From a virus (taxonomy: Duplodnaviria; Caudoviricetes): a DNA stretch of 52,924 nucleotides. Position 1 is the first letter of the stretch. Each line of letters opens with the position of its first letter. This document shows, in pieces, positions 37,327-47,808 of this stretch. Made by a program: the position numbers and the translations under genes. The notes under the pieces were generated by a model. That model saw only the letters and a list, made by a program, of their open reading frames with translations, was not told the DNA's origin and did no database searches. The stretch lies in the IMG/VR virus record IMGVR_UViG_3300037515_000482, positions 1-52,924 of that record; one strand, 5' to 3'.

Positions 37327-37700
37327 GCCTCGCCCAACTCCTCGACCACACGTGCCGCGTGTACCGACGCACTGAGAGCCTGTCGGCCCGGCGCCAGACG
37401 GTCGTGTCTTACGAGGTGCCGGACGGCTATGAGGAGCTGCCGTGCACGTTCACCCGGCGGCGCACCGTACTGGGCGACGCGGGATCCGGCCTCACGCCCG
37501 TCGGACAGCGCAGCGTCTACCTGGACCGGACCGACCTCGCCTGGCAGGACCGCGACGTCGTGGAGGTGTACGCGGGGCCCGCTGGCTTCGTCGGGCCTCA
37601 GCGCCTGGAGGTCGTGAGCATCAGCATCCCCCGCGGCCACCACGTCGAGCTGATCTGCGAGGAGTTCAGCGGATCCCTGCCCGAGGAGGCCGGCTCGTGA
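37323..37700 (+). CDS. Head closure protein (putative)
   Basis: Position after the connector; C-terminal HHVEL. Confidence 0.65.
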   Translation: MSLAQLLDHTCRVYRRTESLSARRQTVVSYEVPDGYEELPCTFTRRRTVLGDAGSGLTPVGQRSVYLDRTDLAWQDRDVVEVYAGPAGFVGPQRLEVVSISIPRGHHVELICEEFSGSLPEEAGS

Positions 37701-38182
37701 TCCAGTTCGCGGACGGCAGGTGGGAGGGCCTGGACGGGATGGGCGAGGAAGCCATGCGTGAGATCCGCCCCGAAGCGGAGCGCGTGGTGCTTCAGGCGAG
37801 CCTCGTGCTCGAGGGCACGATCAAACGCACGCTCACCGGCAAGCGCAGCGGACGCACCTACAAGGTCTCGCGCACGGGCCGACTGCACGTCGCGTCCGCG
37901 CCGGGCGAGGCGCCGGCCGTTCAGTTCGGCGACCTGCGCCGCAGCGTCGGGCATTCGGATCCGGAGTGGGAAGGCTGGACGGTCGGGTGCGAGGTCGGTC
38001 CCGGCCTTGGCCAAGCGCCCGGGGCGGGGCGTGCGGATCCCGGCGAAGGCTACGCGCGCCGCCTCGAGTGGGGCGGGACGGACAGCCGCGGCACCTACAT
38101 CGCGCCCCGGCCCTACATGGAGCCCTCGGCCCAGAAAGCCGAGCAGCCGATGGACGTCATCTTCCGGAGCCTCGGCAACTGA
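37697..38182 (+). CDS. HK97 gp10-like neck protein
   Basis: ASAPGEAPA..G.LR.S; YA..LE.G...APRPYM.P. Confidence 0.8.
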   Translation: MIQFADGRWEGLDGMGEEAMREIRPEAERVVLQASLVLEGTIKRTLTGKRSGRTYKVSRTGRLHVASAPGEAPAVQFGDLRRSVGHSDPEWEGWTVGCEVGPGLGQAPGAGRADPGEGYARRLEWGGTDSRGTYIAPRPYMEPSAQKAEQPMDVIFRSLGN

Positions 38183-38583
38183 TGCGCTGGCCGGACGTCA
38201 CGCTCGCGCTCGCCACCGCGGCGGCTTCGGATGCGACGCTCGCCGGCATCTACGGCGACAACATCCGGGCGAAGGGCGTCCAGCAGTATCAGGCACCGAG
38301 CCTCGAATACCTGCTCGTTAGCGACGTCGAGACCGAGCTGTGGGAGCCCGTCGTCGTGCAGTGGGACCAGTACGCGCCCACCGAGGATGACCTGATCGCC
38401 AGTGAGCGGCGCCTGCGCGCGCTCTTCTCGCATGAGTTGGCGGTCACCATCGAGGGCGTGACGATGTTCTGCGAGTTCCTGGGCGGCGAGTCGCTGTCCG
38501 ACGCGCCGACGCGCGAAAACACTTACGCGCGCGCCGTGCGGTTCGTATTCGAGCCGCTACGGGGCGCGTTGCAGCGGCCATGA
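38182..38583 (+). CDS. Tail completion protein (putative)
   Basis: Position and size. Confidence 0.6.
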   Translation: MRWPDVTLALATAAASDATLAGIYGDNIRAKGVQQYQAPSLEYLLVSDVETELWEPVVVQWDQYAPTEDDLIASERRLRALFSHELAVTIEGVTMFCEFLGGESLSDAPTRENTYARAVRFVFEPLRGALQRP

Positions 38584-38617
38584 CCACGGCCGCCCACTAC
38601 CAACGGGGGAGAGCAAC

Positions 38618-39295
38618 ATGGACCTGACCCTTCTCAACCTGGAGACCATCCTCCGTAAGATCGGCAGGGGGGTGGTGGCCTACGCCGTGGACGGCGGAGG
38701 CGATCCCACCGTCTGGGACGGCACGAGCGCTTTGACGCTCGCGCATCTGACGGACACCGAGGGCGACATCTCGTTCCGGGCCAACGCGACCGAGGCGGCG
38801 CTCACGCTGCCCGAGATCGCGGGCGAGGCGCCGTTCGAGGTGACGTACACGGGCGAGGCGCCCGAGCTCGAGATCCCGCTGTTCATGGCGGACCCCGACA
38901 TGCTCGACATCATCAGCCCGATCGACTCGGCGAGCGCGGGCCACATCCGCGTCCGCGAGGTGAGCGAGCGCACGATCGTGCTCTTCCCCGAGGCGCTGTT
39001 CCGCAAGTCGGACGGCACCTACCCGGAGCTGTCCTACGGCGTGGGCGGCTGGACGCTCGGGGGTGCGGCCCTCGACGCGGCGCATCAGACGCTGCTCGCC
39101 ACGAGCGTGTGGTTCTGGCGCGGCTATTTCGCGCGTGCCGACCGGACGTTCAAGGGCGGCCACGGCAACGACGCCAAGAATATCGTGCCGGTGACGCTGC
39201 GGGTCATGATGCACCCGACCATGCCCGACGGCCACCGGCTCTACACGACCGGTGACCCGGCGCTGGCCAGCATCGACATCCTGGGCACGAGCTGA
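38618..39295 (+). CDS. Major tail tube protein (putative)
   Basis: Position before the frameshifted chaperone pair and tape measure. Confidence 0.7.
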   Translation: MDLTLLNLETILRKIGRGVVAYAVDGGGDPTVWDGTSALTLAHLTDTEGDISFRANATEAALTLPEIAGEAPFEVTYTGEAPELEIPLFMADPDMLDIISPIDSASAGHIRVREVSERTIVLFPEALFRKSDGTYPELSYGVGGWTLGGAALDAAHQTLLATSVWFWRGYFARADRTFKGGHGNDAKNIVPVTLRVMMHPTMPDGHRLYTTGDPALASIDILGTS

Positions 39296-39795
39296 TGTTC
39301 CGCTTCAAGCCCGCGTCCTGGGATGAACTGAAGGCGCGCGCGGCCGCTCACGCCGCTACGAGTCCTGCGCAGCGGATGGCCGAGCAGCCGCGCCCGCGCC
39401 CGCTCAACGTGCGCCATGTGCTCGACCTCGGCCAGCTGCTTTACTTCCAGTGGCGAGGCCGGTGCTACGGCGTGCCGCCGCTGCCGTGGAGGGCGGGGGC
39501 CGCGCTGCTCGACGCGTTTCTCGAGGCGCAGTCGTTCGGCGTCGTCATCGACCGCGAGAGCGCAGGCCCATACTACGCGGCGCTGGAGCGCATGGCCCGC
39601 ATTATGTGGCGCAACAGCCGACCGACGGGCCTCGTGCCGCGCGTGTTCCATCGGCTGCGGCTCACGCCGAACCGCTTCCAGCGGGCCAGTGAGGCCGAGC
39701 TCGTGGAGCTCGCGCTTTTTTTCTTGGGGCGCCGGACGAAAACGAGCGCCACGCTGCGCGTGGTGGATCCGACGCCCGCGAGAGCGACGATCTGA
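39295..39795 (+). CDS. Tail assembly chaperone (gpG-like)
   Basis: Position; contains a slippery site. Confidence 0.7.
   Translation: MFRFKPASWDELKARAAAHAATSPAQRMAEQPRPRPLNVRHVLDLGQLLYFQWRGRCYGVPPLPWRAGAALLDAFLEAQSFGVVIDRESAGPYYAALERMARIMWRNSRPTGLVPRVFHRLRLTPNRFQRASEAELVELALFFLGRRTKTSATLRVVDPTPARATI
39717..39723 (+). other. -1 programmed frameshift site T TTT TTC
   Basis: Correctly phased X XXY YYZ; the -1 frame is open into ORF 39795-40007. Confidence 0.8.
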
Positions 39796-40007
39796 TGGAT
39801 CAGGCGATCATCTTCGCGGCCGAGTTGCCCACGTGGACGGGCCCCGACGGACTCCCCCGGTCGTGGCGCCACTTCGTCCATGGGATGGCGGGCATCGACC
39901 GTCGGGCCACGCGCCACATGCTCGACTCCGCGGCCTCTGCGCGCGCCGGTGGCGCGACCGAAGAGGGCTACGCCGATTGGCGGCGTGAAGCGAGCGGGAG
40001 AGTCTGA
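39795..40007 (+). CDS. Tail chaperone extension (gpT-like)
   Basis: -1 frame relative to the upstream chaperone. Confidence 0.7.
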   Translation: MDQAIIFAAELPTWTGPDGLPRSWRHFVHGMAGIDRRATRHMLDSAASARAGGATEEGYADWRREASGRV

Positions 40008-40010
40008 CCC

Positions 40011-41972
40011 ATGGCCAACCCCATTCGCCGTCTCGTCCAGCTGGTCCTCGACAAGACTGCCGCCAAGCGCACCGAGAACGACGCGAAGAAGTCGCTGAAG
40101 GGCGTCGAAGGCAGTCTGGACGGCGTGCGCAAGATGGCCATGCGCGTGGGCGCCGCACTGGCCGCTGCGTTCGGCGTCCGGGCGATCGCCGGCTTTCTGA
40201 AGTCGAGCGTCAAAGCGGCTAGTGAAGCCGAAGGCATCTGGAACCGGCTGGGCCACGCCGTCGAGGGTACGGGCATCCGGTACCAGGCCGTCGAGCAGGA
40301 CATCCGCGCGATGGCCGCCGCGATGCAGGATGCTACGAAGGTCGGCGACGAGGAGTTCGCCGCGACGCTGACCGAGCTGATCACCACGTCGAAGGACTAC
40401 GAGGGCTCGCTCCGGAACATATCGCTCGTGGCCGACCTGGCCGCCGCGAAACAGATCGACCTCCGGAGCGCCGCCCAGCTCGTGGGCCGCGCCATGGTCG
40501 GCCAGACGGGCACGCTCGCGCGCTACGGCATCGTGGTGAAAGAGGGCGAGGACGCGATCGAGGTCATGCGCGCATCGTTCGCGGGCTTCGCGGCCAACGA
40601 GGCGACGACGTTCGAAGGCAAGCTGGTCCAGGTCAACAACGCCTGGGGCGACTTCAAGGAGGCGCTCGGAGATGCGCTGATCGCGGGCGCTGACGGCGAG
40701 ACCATGCTCGACCGGCTCACACGGGCGGTGCAGTCGCTCACCGAAGCGGTGGACGTGTTCGGCCGGGCGTATGCCGGGGTGAGTGAGACCGCGTTCCGCA
40801 ACCAGGGCGCGATCACCCGGATCGTGGCCGGTGCGCAAACGCCCGAGCAGGCGCTGCGCGGACTGGCGACGTATCAGTCGATCACGGCGAAGGAGCTGGA
40901 GGACGCGCAGAAGAAACTGGACGGGATGACCGGGACGTGGGCCACGATCAAGGGCACGCTCAAGAAGGGCGACCTTTTCGCGTGGCAGACCGAGGTGGAA
41001 AGCGCCCAGGAGTCGGTGGAAGGGCTGAGAGTGACGATGGCGCATCTGGACCGGGTCATGGAGGACATTGAAGCGGGACGGCTGAGCGTCGGGACCAAGC
41101 TTCCTCCTGGCCCGGACACCGGTACCGGTACCGGCACGCGCCGCCGCGTGCCCATCGAACAGCTCACGGGGCGCAACGTCACGGAGCGGGGCTTGGCGTT
41201 CCAGATGCCCAAGATGGAGAAGATGGAGGGGACCCCCGAGCTATCCATCTTTACGCAGCAGATGGAGGAGTTGGCCCGTACCCAGGAAGCCGCCCACACA
41301 ATGGCCGAGCTGTTGGGTGGCGACTATGAGAGTCTGGACAGCCAGATCCAGATGCTCACCGGCTCCATGGAAACTCTGGCAGCTCAAGGGTTCGGGCCCA
41401 TGGATGCCCGGATGCAAGGTCTGGCCGAACGGCTCCGAGAAGTCCAGGCTGAAAGCGCCCTCGTGGTGAAGCAACAACGGCTCATGGCGGACGTCGCACA
41501 GACGGCGGGCGATATTCTCGCCGCAGCGATGGGGGCGGGGATCGGCCCGATGGCCGCGTGGAAGGCGAAGCAGAACGCCGTCATGGCGCTGGAACAGGCG
41601 GCCATGGGATTCGTCGCCAGCCTCAATCCCTTCACCGCACCCTTGGCCGCAGGCCATTATGCGGCAGCGGGGCAGTTCGCCGGGATCGCCGCCGCGTGGG
41701 GAACGCTCGCGGGCGTGACCGGTGGCTTCGGCGGCGGCGGCACCGGCGGCTTTTCCGGCACGGGCCGGTCGGGCGCGGGTCTGGCGAGCGAGCGTGCCCA
41801 GCCACCCGGCGCCGAAGTCAGCATCTACCTGGTGGGCGAGGGATTCGACGCCATCAATCCGCGCGTCCAGCGCGTGGTCCATCAGGCCGGGAAGCTCGCT
41901 CAGGAGTCCTACGGCGCCAACGCCCGAGTCAGGACCTTCCGGGGCACCATCCCGCAGGGAGGTAGGCCATGA
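40011..41972 (+). CDS. Tape measure protein
   Basis: Ala-rich helical 653 aa; LARYGI, N.WGD.KE.LG motifs; position. Confidence 0.85.
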   Translation: MANPIRRLVQLVLDKTAAKRTENDAKKSLKGVEGSLDGVRKMAMRVGAALAAAFGVRAIAGFLKSSVKAASEAEGIWNRLGHAVEGTGIRYQAVEQDIRAMAAAMQDATKVGDEEFAATLTELITTSKDYEGSLRNISLVADLAAAKQIDLRSAAQLVGRAMVGQTGTLARYGIVVKEGEDAIEVMRASFAGFAANEATTFEGKLVQVNNAWGDFKEALGDALIAGADGETMLDRLTRAVQSLTEAVDVFGRAYAGVSETAFRNQGAITRIVAGAQTPEQALRGLATYQSITAKELEDAQKKLDGMTGTWATIKGTLKKGDLFAWQTEVESAQESVEGLRVTMAHLDRVMEDIEAGRLSVGTKLPPGPDTGTGTGTRRRVPIEQLTGRNVTERGLAFQMPKMEKMEGTPELSIFTQQMEELARTQEAAHTMAELLGGDYESLDSQIQMLTGSMETLAAQGFGPMDARMQGLAERLREVQAESALVVKQQRLMADVAQTAGDILAAAMGAGIGPMAAWKAKQNAVMALEQAAMGFVASLNPFTAPLAAGHYAAAGQFAGIAAAWGTLAGVTGGFGGGGTGGFSGTGRSGAGLASERAQPPGAEVSIYLVGEGFDAINPRVQRVVHQAGKLAQESYGANARVRTFRGTIPQGGRP

Positions 41973-42406
41973 CCATTGACACCTCCTTCCTCGGGCTACG
42001 CAGTCGCTTCGTGTACGGGGAGACCGATTGGGAGACGTCGCTGCCGGTGCGGGCGTGGGACAGATCAACCCCGACAGTCGGCGGGTCGCGCACGTCCGCT
42101 GCCGGGGTTCCGGCCTCCTACATCGTGCGGCGGGATCACGTGTTGCGTGTCACGCTCCGGTTCTACGAGACGGAATGGGAGAACGTTCATGCCATGCTCG
42201 CCTGGGGACAGTTGGCGGAAACGCTGCTCTGGTACCCGGACGCCAACGTGGCGGGCACCTCCTTCGAGGTGTATCTGGACAGCCCGCTCGCCGGTGAAGA
42301 CATCGCACCGAGTCGGTCATCGGACTATCCGCGGACGTTGGAAATCACCGTCTCGCTTCGCACCGTTGACGGCTCACCCTGGGGGCTGAATTACTATGGC
42401 CTATGA
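41969..42406 (+). CDS. Distal tail protein (putative)
   Basis: Position after the tape measure. Confidence 0.55.
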   Translation: MTIDTSFLGLRSRFVYGETDWETSLPVRAWDRSTPTVGGSRTSAAGVPASYIVRRDHVLRVTLRFYETEWENVHAMLAWGQLAETLLWYPDANVAGTSFEVYLDSPLAGEDIAPSRSSDYPRTLEITVSLRTVDGSPWGLNYYGL

Positions 42407-45400
42407 GCGCGAGGCGGACTTCGCCACGGGTCAGGTACGCGGCGTGTCGTTCGAGTTGCGCCCGGACGCCGTGGTGTCTCTGGCCGCGCCCGCGCCCGGA
42501 CCCGCGGCCCTGGGCGACGTGGAGTCCGGGCTGCTCGTCAAGGGGTGGTACGTGCGGCCCGACAACGACACGGGCGTGGTCTATCTGGGCGAGTCGGATG
42601 GCTCGGCGTGGCTGGCCGAGACGCCGCTCTTCGCGTTCACCGGCGCCGCCGTCGACATGCTTTCGCTCGCCTTCGACCAGGCAGGTTTGCCCGTGGTGGC
42701 GATGGAGCGGGCCGGAGAGGTGTGGGTGCGCTACCACGACGGCGAGTCGTATGTGCTGACGAACCTGGGCACCGGTGCCTCCCCTGCCCTCGTACATCGC
42801 GCGCCCGATACTACCCTCTGGGGAGAGATCGTCCTGTTCTACGAGCGGGCCCTGGACGTGTACTTCCGTATCGGTTCGGAGGACTACGCGACGGAGCGGA
42901 ACACAGCTCACACGCTCGACGCGGATCAGAAGCTTTGGCGCGCAATCCTCGGGCCTGATGATCGGCTCCACCTCATCCTGTCCCGACGCGATGCGGGAGC
43001 GGGGACGTACACACTCCAGCGCGTCTCCAGCGACCCGGGGCCATGCCTGGATGCGACGGGCTACGAGGAACGGATCGATGATGGGGCCGAGACGTTGCTG
43101 GTGTTCCGGGACACCGTTGGGGAGATACGGACCAACTGCCTGATCTCGGTTGACGCCGCGCTGATTGGTGCGGCAGGAAACGCGGGAGGCGGCGCCGGTA
43201 GGGGACAGGACACAAAGCTGTTCGTGAGCCTTGGTGGGTTGGGCTTGGACCCCGATACCGATACGCCACCCGATGAACACATCGCGTTGGGCGGAGGCCA
43301 CGGTGCCATCATCGACCAGGACGGCCAGCCTGGCGGATCGGGAGGCGCTGGAGGCGGCAAGAGCCCATCAGGGAATACGATGTGGTCGGCTGGGGGGCTA
43401 GGCTCGGCGCCTCAAGGGCACGACGGAGGAGGCGCGCAAAGCACCTGGGGGCTGCTGGACAAGAAGCTCGCAGCCTCGGGTGGCGGCGGCGGGTTCGCCG
43501 GAGCAGGGACCGGAGGAGTGTGTTTGCAGGGTTGGCCCCTGAAAGCTGGCCGGGGTGGCCCTGGAGGGTTGGTGCCGGGATGGCGGTTCTATGGCCCACG
43601 CGGCGGGCATGGATACGCTCAGCAGGTCAACGCTCCTACGACTGAAACGGTGGACGTGCACGGGGGCGGGGCGGCGGGGGGAGTCCGCGTCATCACAGCC
43701 CTGGTCATCCCCGCCGGGCAGACCATCGCCATACAAGTTGGTCAGGGAATCGCCGGGGGTGGAGCGGGCCAGGGAGGGGATGCGATCGGCGGATCTGGGC
43801 GGACGGGAGCCGTGGTGATCCGGATCACTCGCCTGTACCTCGATGACCTGCCTCCGGCGGTGCTGTCGGGCGGAGTCGAGAGCGTCTACGACGGGTACCG
43901 TTACCATCGCTTCACCGCCACCGACGTTGTGACTGTCACCACGCCGGGACGCGCGACGATCAAGGGATGTGGGGGTGGGGCAGGTGGCGGCTCAGGACGT
44001 GGTGGGGGTGGGGGCGGCGCGGACGTCAGGGAGGTGGAGACGTACCTGTACCAGGACGAAACGGTCACGGTGGGGGATGGTGGGGCGGGCGGGACGGCGG
44101 GCTCCGCTGGTGAGGATGGCGAGGATTCGAGCGTGGGCGATCATGTCCTCATGAAGGGCGGGGGCGCCGGCGCCGGAGCCCCACCTAGCGCCGCAGGATC
44201 GCGGGCGACGGGCGGCGGCGGGCACGGGGACGGTGGTGTACCTGGGGCAGGTTCAGCGCTGCGTGGATACCAGGGGGGCGACGGCGGCGGGTTCTCGCTG
44301 TCTGCTGGAGGCGACGCCGAACACGCGGGCGGCGGCGGGGGCGCCGGGGAGAGTGGCGATAGGGGGGCCACCCTGGAAACGATGGGCGACGAGCTGGCGG
44401 AGAATTGGGAGGTGCCGAGCACGGGCACCCTGATGATCCCGGAGCAACAGTTCAAGCTCACCGAAACAGGAGGCAGCTTTCACGCTCTGATCGAGACGGA
44501 CGTCGCAGTAGACAAGATGTTCGTGCAGGCGTTGGTCAAGAGCGCCCACTCGAATCTGAACGTTGGGCCGATCACTCGCGCGACTCACCCGACCGGGGAC
44601 CCCGACGAGGTGCCCGTGGGCTACCACGGCGCGATCCATTACGGCACCCAGAGGTTCGTCGGCATCGCGTATCTGCACGACCTCGCTTCCTGGCATCACA
44701 TCCAGGCCTACGTACAGGACGGTCTCTCGCAGTATGCCGCTTATGGCGAGAGTGGGAGCCCTCGCACAATGCAGGTCGGGGTGCGGAAGGCGTATGCCGA
44801 CACGGCGCTTGATGGTACCTTTGCCAGCTTCGGCTTTGCTGCGCGGGGCACTCCCATCAGCGGGACCAACAAGCAAGCATTCTGCGATCATCTCGCATAC
44901 TTCCGTGACAAGAATCTCCTCGTGGAGGGTGTGCCCACGGGCGGAAGCGTCGAGGTGCTCAACGAGGCTGGTGACGTCGTGGCGTCGGGAGCCGAGGCGG
45001 CGGGCATCGCGCTCGTGGATCTGTCCATGTTCGGTACGGGGGTAAGCGGAGTCGAAGAGCCGATGCCCATGCCCGAGGGCTTCCACACCATCAGGGTCCT
45101 GGACTCCGGCAGTGCCGTCGTCGCGGAGCGTTCGTCCGGTGGTGTGTATCCTGGCGGGGAGTACGACGTGGTGGCCGGCGAGCTTGTGGTCCGCATCGAT
45201 GAGACCGGGCCGGAGCCGGTGCCCATCACGGGGTTGATGTTCTTCACTGACTTCTCCGAGCTGACGCCCGGCCCACTACACGGTGATGGCGGGGACGGCA
45301 TCGCGATTGATGATGCCGGGTGGCTCGATGCTGGGATGGGTGACGCTGAGGGGTACTTGGGCGGTGGAGGCGGAGGTGGCGCTGAACAGTCCATCGCCGG

Positions 45401-45563
45401 CGCAGGCGGGAAAGGTGGTGGCGGAGCTGGCTCTATCGGTGCCGCAGCACCCACAGCGGGTGCGCCCAATACCGGCGGCGGCGGCGGCGGAAGCGGGGAC
45501 GCGGCGACCCCGGGAGCCGCTGGTGGGTCTGGTGACATCGTGATCCGCACACTCATACCGTGA
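42396..45563 (+). CDS. Large glycine-rich tail/fibre protein
   Basis: Several GGGGG blocks; GGSG.VVIR-type endings; YRYHRFT. Confidence 0.7.
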   Translation: MAYEREADFATGQVRGVSFELRPDAVVSLAAPAPGPAALGDVESGLLVKGWYVRPDNDTGVVYLGESDGSAWLAETPLFAFTGAAVDMLSLAFDQAGLPVVAMERAGEVWVRYHDGESYVLTNLGTGASPALVHRAPDTTLWGEIVLFYERALDVYFRIGSEDYATERNTAHTLDADQKLWRAILGPDDRLHLILSRRDAGAGTYTLQRVSSDPGPCLDATGYEERIDDGAETLLVFRDTVGEIRTNCLISVDAALIGAAGNAGGGAGRGQDTKLFVSLGGLGLDPDTDTPPDEHIALGGGHGAIIDQDGQPGGSGGAGGGKSPSGNTMWSAGGLGSAPQGHDGGGAQSTWGLLDKKLAASGGGGGFAGAGTGGVCLQGWPLKAGRGGPGGLVPGWRFYGPRGGHGYAQQVNAPTTETVDVHGGGAAGGVRVITALVIPAGQTIAIQVGQGIAGGGAGQGGDAIGGSGRTGAVVIRITRLYLDDLPPAVLSGGVESVYDGYRYHRFTATDVVTVTTPGRATIKGCGGGAGGGSGRGGGGGGADVREVETYLYQDETVTVGDGGAGGTAGSAGEDGEDSSVGDHVLMKGGGAGAGAPPSAAGSRATGGGGHGDGGVPGAGSALRGYQGGDGGGFSLSAGGDAEHAGGGGGAGESGDRGATLETMGDELAENWEVPSTGTLMIPEQQFKLTETGGSFHALIETDVAVDKMFVQALVKSAHSNLNVGPITRATHPTGDPDEVPVGYHGAIHYGTQRFVGIAYLHDLASWHHIQAYVQDGLSQYAAYGESGSPRTMQVGVRKAYADTALDGTFASFGFAARGTPISGTNKQAFCDHLAYFRDKNLLVEGVPTGGSVEVLNEAGDVVASGAEAAGIALVDLSMFGTGVSGVEEPMPMPEGFHTIRVLDSGSAVVAERSSGGVYPGGEYDVVAGELVVRIDETGPEPVPITGLMFFTDFSELTPGPLHGDGGDGIAIDDAGWLDAGMGDAEGYLGGGGGGGAEQSIAGAGGKGGGGAGSIGAAAPTAGAPNTGGGGGGSGDAATPGAAGGSGDIVIRTLIP

Positions 45564-45566
45564 TCA

Positions 45567-47774
45567 TTGTCCATGGTTGACCCGATCACCTTCGGAGCCG
45601 GCGTCAGTGAGTCGGGCGTCGCCGGCGTGTCGTTCCCGGAGCTGGGCGTCGGGGTCTGGTACAAGGGGATCCCCGCCCCGGTCGCTGCGTCACGGGAGTT
45701 GGCCCGAGAGCCGGGCGTTGCGAGGACGCTCGCCGAAGAGGGCGGGCGCACCACGGTCGCGGCCGTAGCACCCTCAGGGCTCCAGGCGCGCATCATCTTC
45801 GAAGGTGTCTGGGACGTCATCCTCCTCGATTCTTTCGAGACCGTCACCGTCCCGATCCCGGATTGTTCCCTGGTGCTGGAGCTGTACGAGGCTGACGGCG
45901 AGACCCTGGCCTGGGAGGTGGGGACGTCGCCGTACCATCCGACTCCGTACCTCTGCCTCCCAGGGAACTACGGCGCCCAGGAAATCGACATCATCGCTGG
46001 GGCCGCTACCATCGGTCAGGTCGAAGTCACGGTGATCGACAAGGCCCAGACGCCCGGGGACCAGGACAGCGGTTGGCTTACTGAGCGCCTCGTCTCCGGC
46101 TCCATACCAGCGATCCAGGGACGCAGGTGCCGCCTTATCCGCTACATCAGCGCCGCTCTCGGATACGTCGTCATCGCGGACGGATACGCGGGGACGCCAC
46201 GCATGGATGAAAGTTTCTCCGCCTACAAGTGGGTCATCAAGGATACCCGGGAAGTCGAGCGTGATGTTGGCGCCTTCGGCAATTCCAACGTTTGGATTGT
46301 TCCGCGAGGCGTGGAAGCTGGATGGGGAGCGTACAATGATGAGGCTGGAGATCCGCAATGGCTGATCTCCCCAACCGAACCTCTGGTTGGGACCTATAGG
46401 GAATCATGGTTCAGCGAGGGAGTTGTATCCCTAGAGGATTATTGGCTGGACCCGTTCACCGAGGCGTCGCATCGGTTCCCTAGCACCAAGTATGTTCTGT
46501 ATGATAGCAATCCTCTGGATGTGCGCGTAGAGATCCCCGAGGACTTCCGCGACCTCTCCTATTCAACGGTAGAATCTTTGGGCGGCGGAATGTACAGGCA
46601 TACGTGGCCCAACCTTCGGATGATGTGGAGGGCGGAGGGATCAGAGGACCCATGGAACATCGTGGATCCATATACGGTGCAAACAACCCCTTCGGGAGCG
46701 TACCCCAGAAGGCTCTTTTATTCGGATGGCGGAGTCGGGAACCCCATTGAGGCAGAGGTGGCGTTTGACCCGGACTCCCGCCAGATCGTCGCGGTACACA
46801 CCATCACCTTGAGGTTGCTGGATGGCAGCGTTTTGGTTGATGGAGACTACCCGACCGAAGGCCAGCGCGTAGACATTGCCGTCCAGTATATCGGCCCGCC
46901 CTCGGAAACGACTCCGCTCTACATCGAACATGATGATGACGGCGTGACTCGACTTACCGCAGGAAGGCTGCTCCAGAAGGCGTATGACGGAGAGTACAGC
47001 GCCCGCGATCCGATCACGGGAGACATCGTGCCTACCGGAATAAGGTATGACGCGGATGCTCTCTTGCTAATGACGGATCTGGTAAGACTTCGTATCACCG
47101 AAGCGGTAGATGACCTCCGCGATTGGGCGGAGAAAACCATCTATGCTCCAACTGGTTGGGCGCCATCGCTCGATGCTGATCTACGGATCTCACCATCCTC
47201 CCAAGCGATCCCGGAGAGCTTTGATGGGCTCCCCGTTCTGGACGATAACAATGTAGAGCCGGTACCAACTTGGAATGCCGGAGAGACGATCATCAACGTC
47301 CTGGACTTCTCCTATGAGCGCTGGTACATCAAGGATGCTTCCGGGCCGGGACCTAACGCGGACAGCCTCGGGAAGCGGGACGTATCCATAGAGTACCGAA
47401 GCGCATCATCCATTACGAGGAAGGAAGAAAGGGCATCATTCGACGGCTCTGCCTTCGCCTCCGTAGGTTCAGCGGATGGAGAGGCGCTGGAGAGTGATGT
47501 GGCCGCCGCTTTGGCTCTTGATCGAAAGCTCTACGTCTTCGAGCGCTACAACACCGGCGCCCAGACGATCGAGGTCCCCGTGCGGCGTGCCGATGATACG
47601 GCGTTGTTGCGAGCCGGGAGTTGGGTCATCGTCGACCTGAGCTGGCTGCCCGACTACGTGCTCCGGCGGCGCGGCGCGCTGTGGGGTGGCCAGATCGTCG
47701 CGATCCACGACATCGATTGTACGTGGCGCATATTGCTCATCGAGGAGGCGGTGCCGCTGGCACCGACAAGCTGA
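45567..47774 (+). CDS. Tail tip/baseplate hub-like protein
   Basis: Long acidic ORF at the end of the tail module. Confidence 0.6.
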   Translation: MSMVDPITFGAGVSESGVAGVSFPELGVGVWYKGIPAPVAASRELAREPGVARTLAEEGGRTTVAAVAPSGLQARIIFEGVWDVILLDSFETVTVPIPDCSLVLELYEADGETLAWEVGTSPYHPTPYLCLPGNYGAQEIDIIAGAATIGQVEVTVIDKAQTPGDQDSGWLTERLVSGSIPAIQGRRCRLIRYISAALGYVVIADGYAGTPRMDESFSAYKWVIKDTREVERDVGAFGNSNVWIVPRGVEAGWGAYNDEAGDPQWLISPTEPLVGTYRESWFSEGVVSLEDYWLDPFTEASHRFPSTKYVLYDSNPLDVRVEIPEDFRDLSYSTVESLGGGMYRHTWPNLRMMWRAEGSEDPWNIVDPYTVQTTPSGAYPRRLFYSDGGVGNPIEAEVAFDPDSRQIVAVHTITLRLLDGSVLVDGDYPTEGQRVDIAVQYIGPPSETTPLYIEHDDDGVTRLTAGRLLQKAYDGEYSARDPITGDIVPTGIRYDADALLLMTDLVRLRITEAVDDLRDWAEKTIYAPTGWAPSLDADLRISPSSQAIPESFDGLPVLDDNNVEPVPTWNAGETIINVLDFSYERWYIKDASGPGPNADSLGKRDVSIEYRSASSITRKEERASFDGSAFASVGSADGEALESDVAAALALDRKLYVFERYNTGAQTIEVPVRRADDTALLRAGSWVIVDLSWLPDYVLRRRGALWGGQIVAIHDIDCTWRILLIEEAVPLAPTS

Positions 47775-47808
47775 CCATGCCCATGCCACCATCAGGAGAC
47801 GCTGAAAC

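Noticed and set aside
42396-47774. Diversity-generating retroelement or invertible tail cassette
   Set aside because: No reverse transcriptase, template/variable repeat pair or invertase seen
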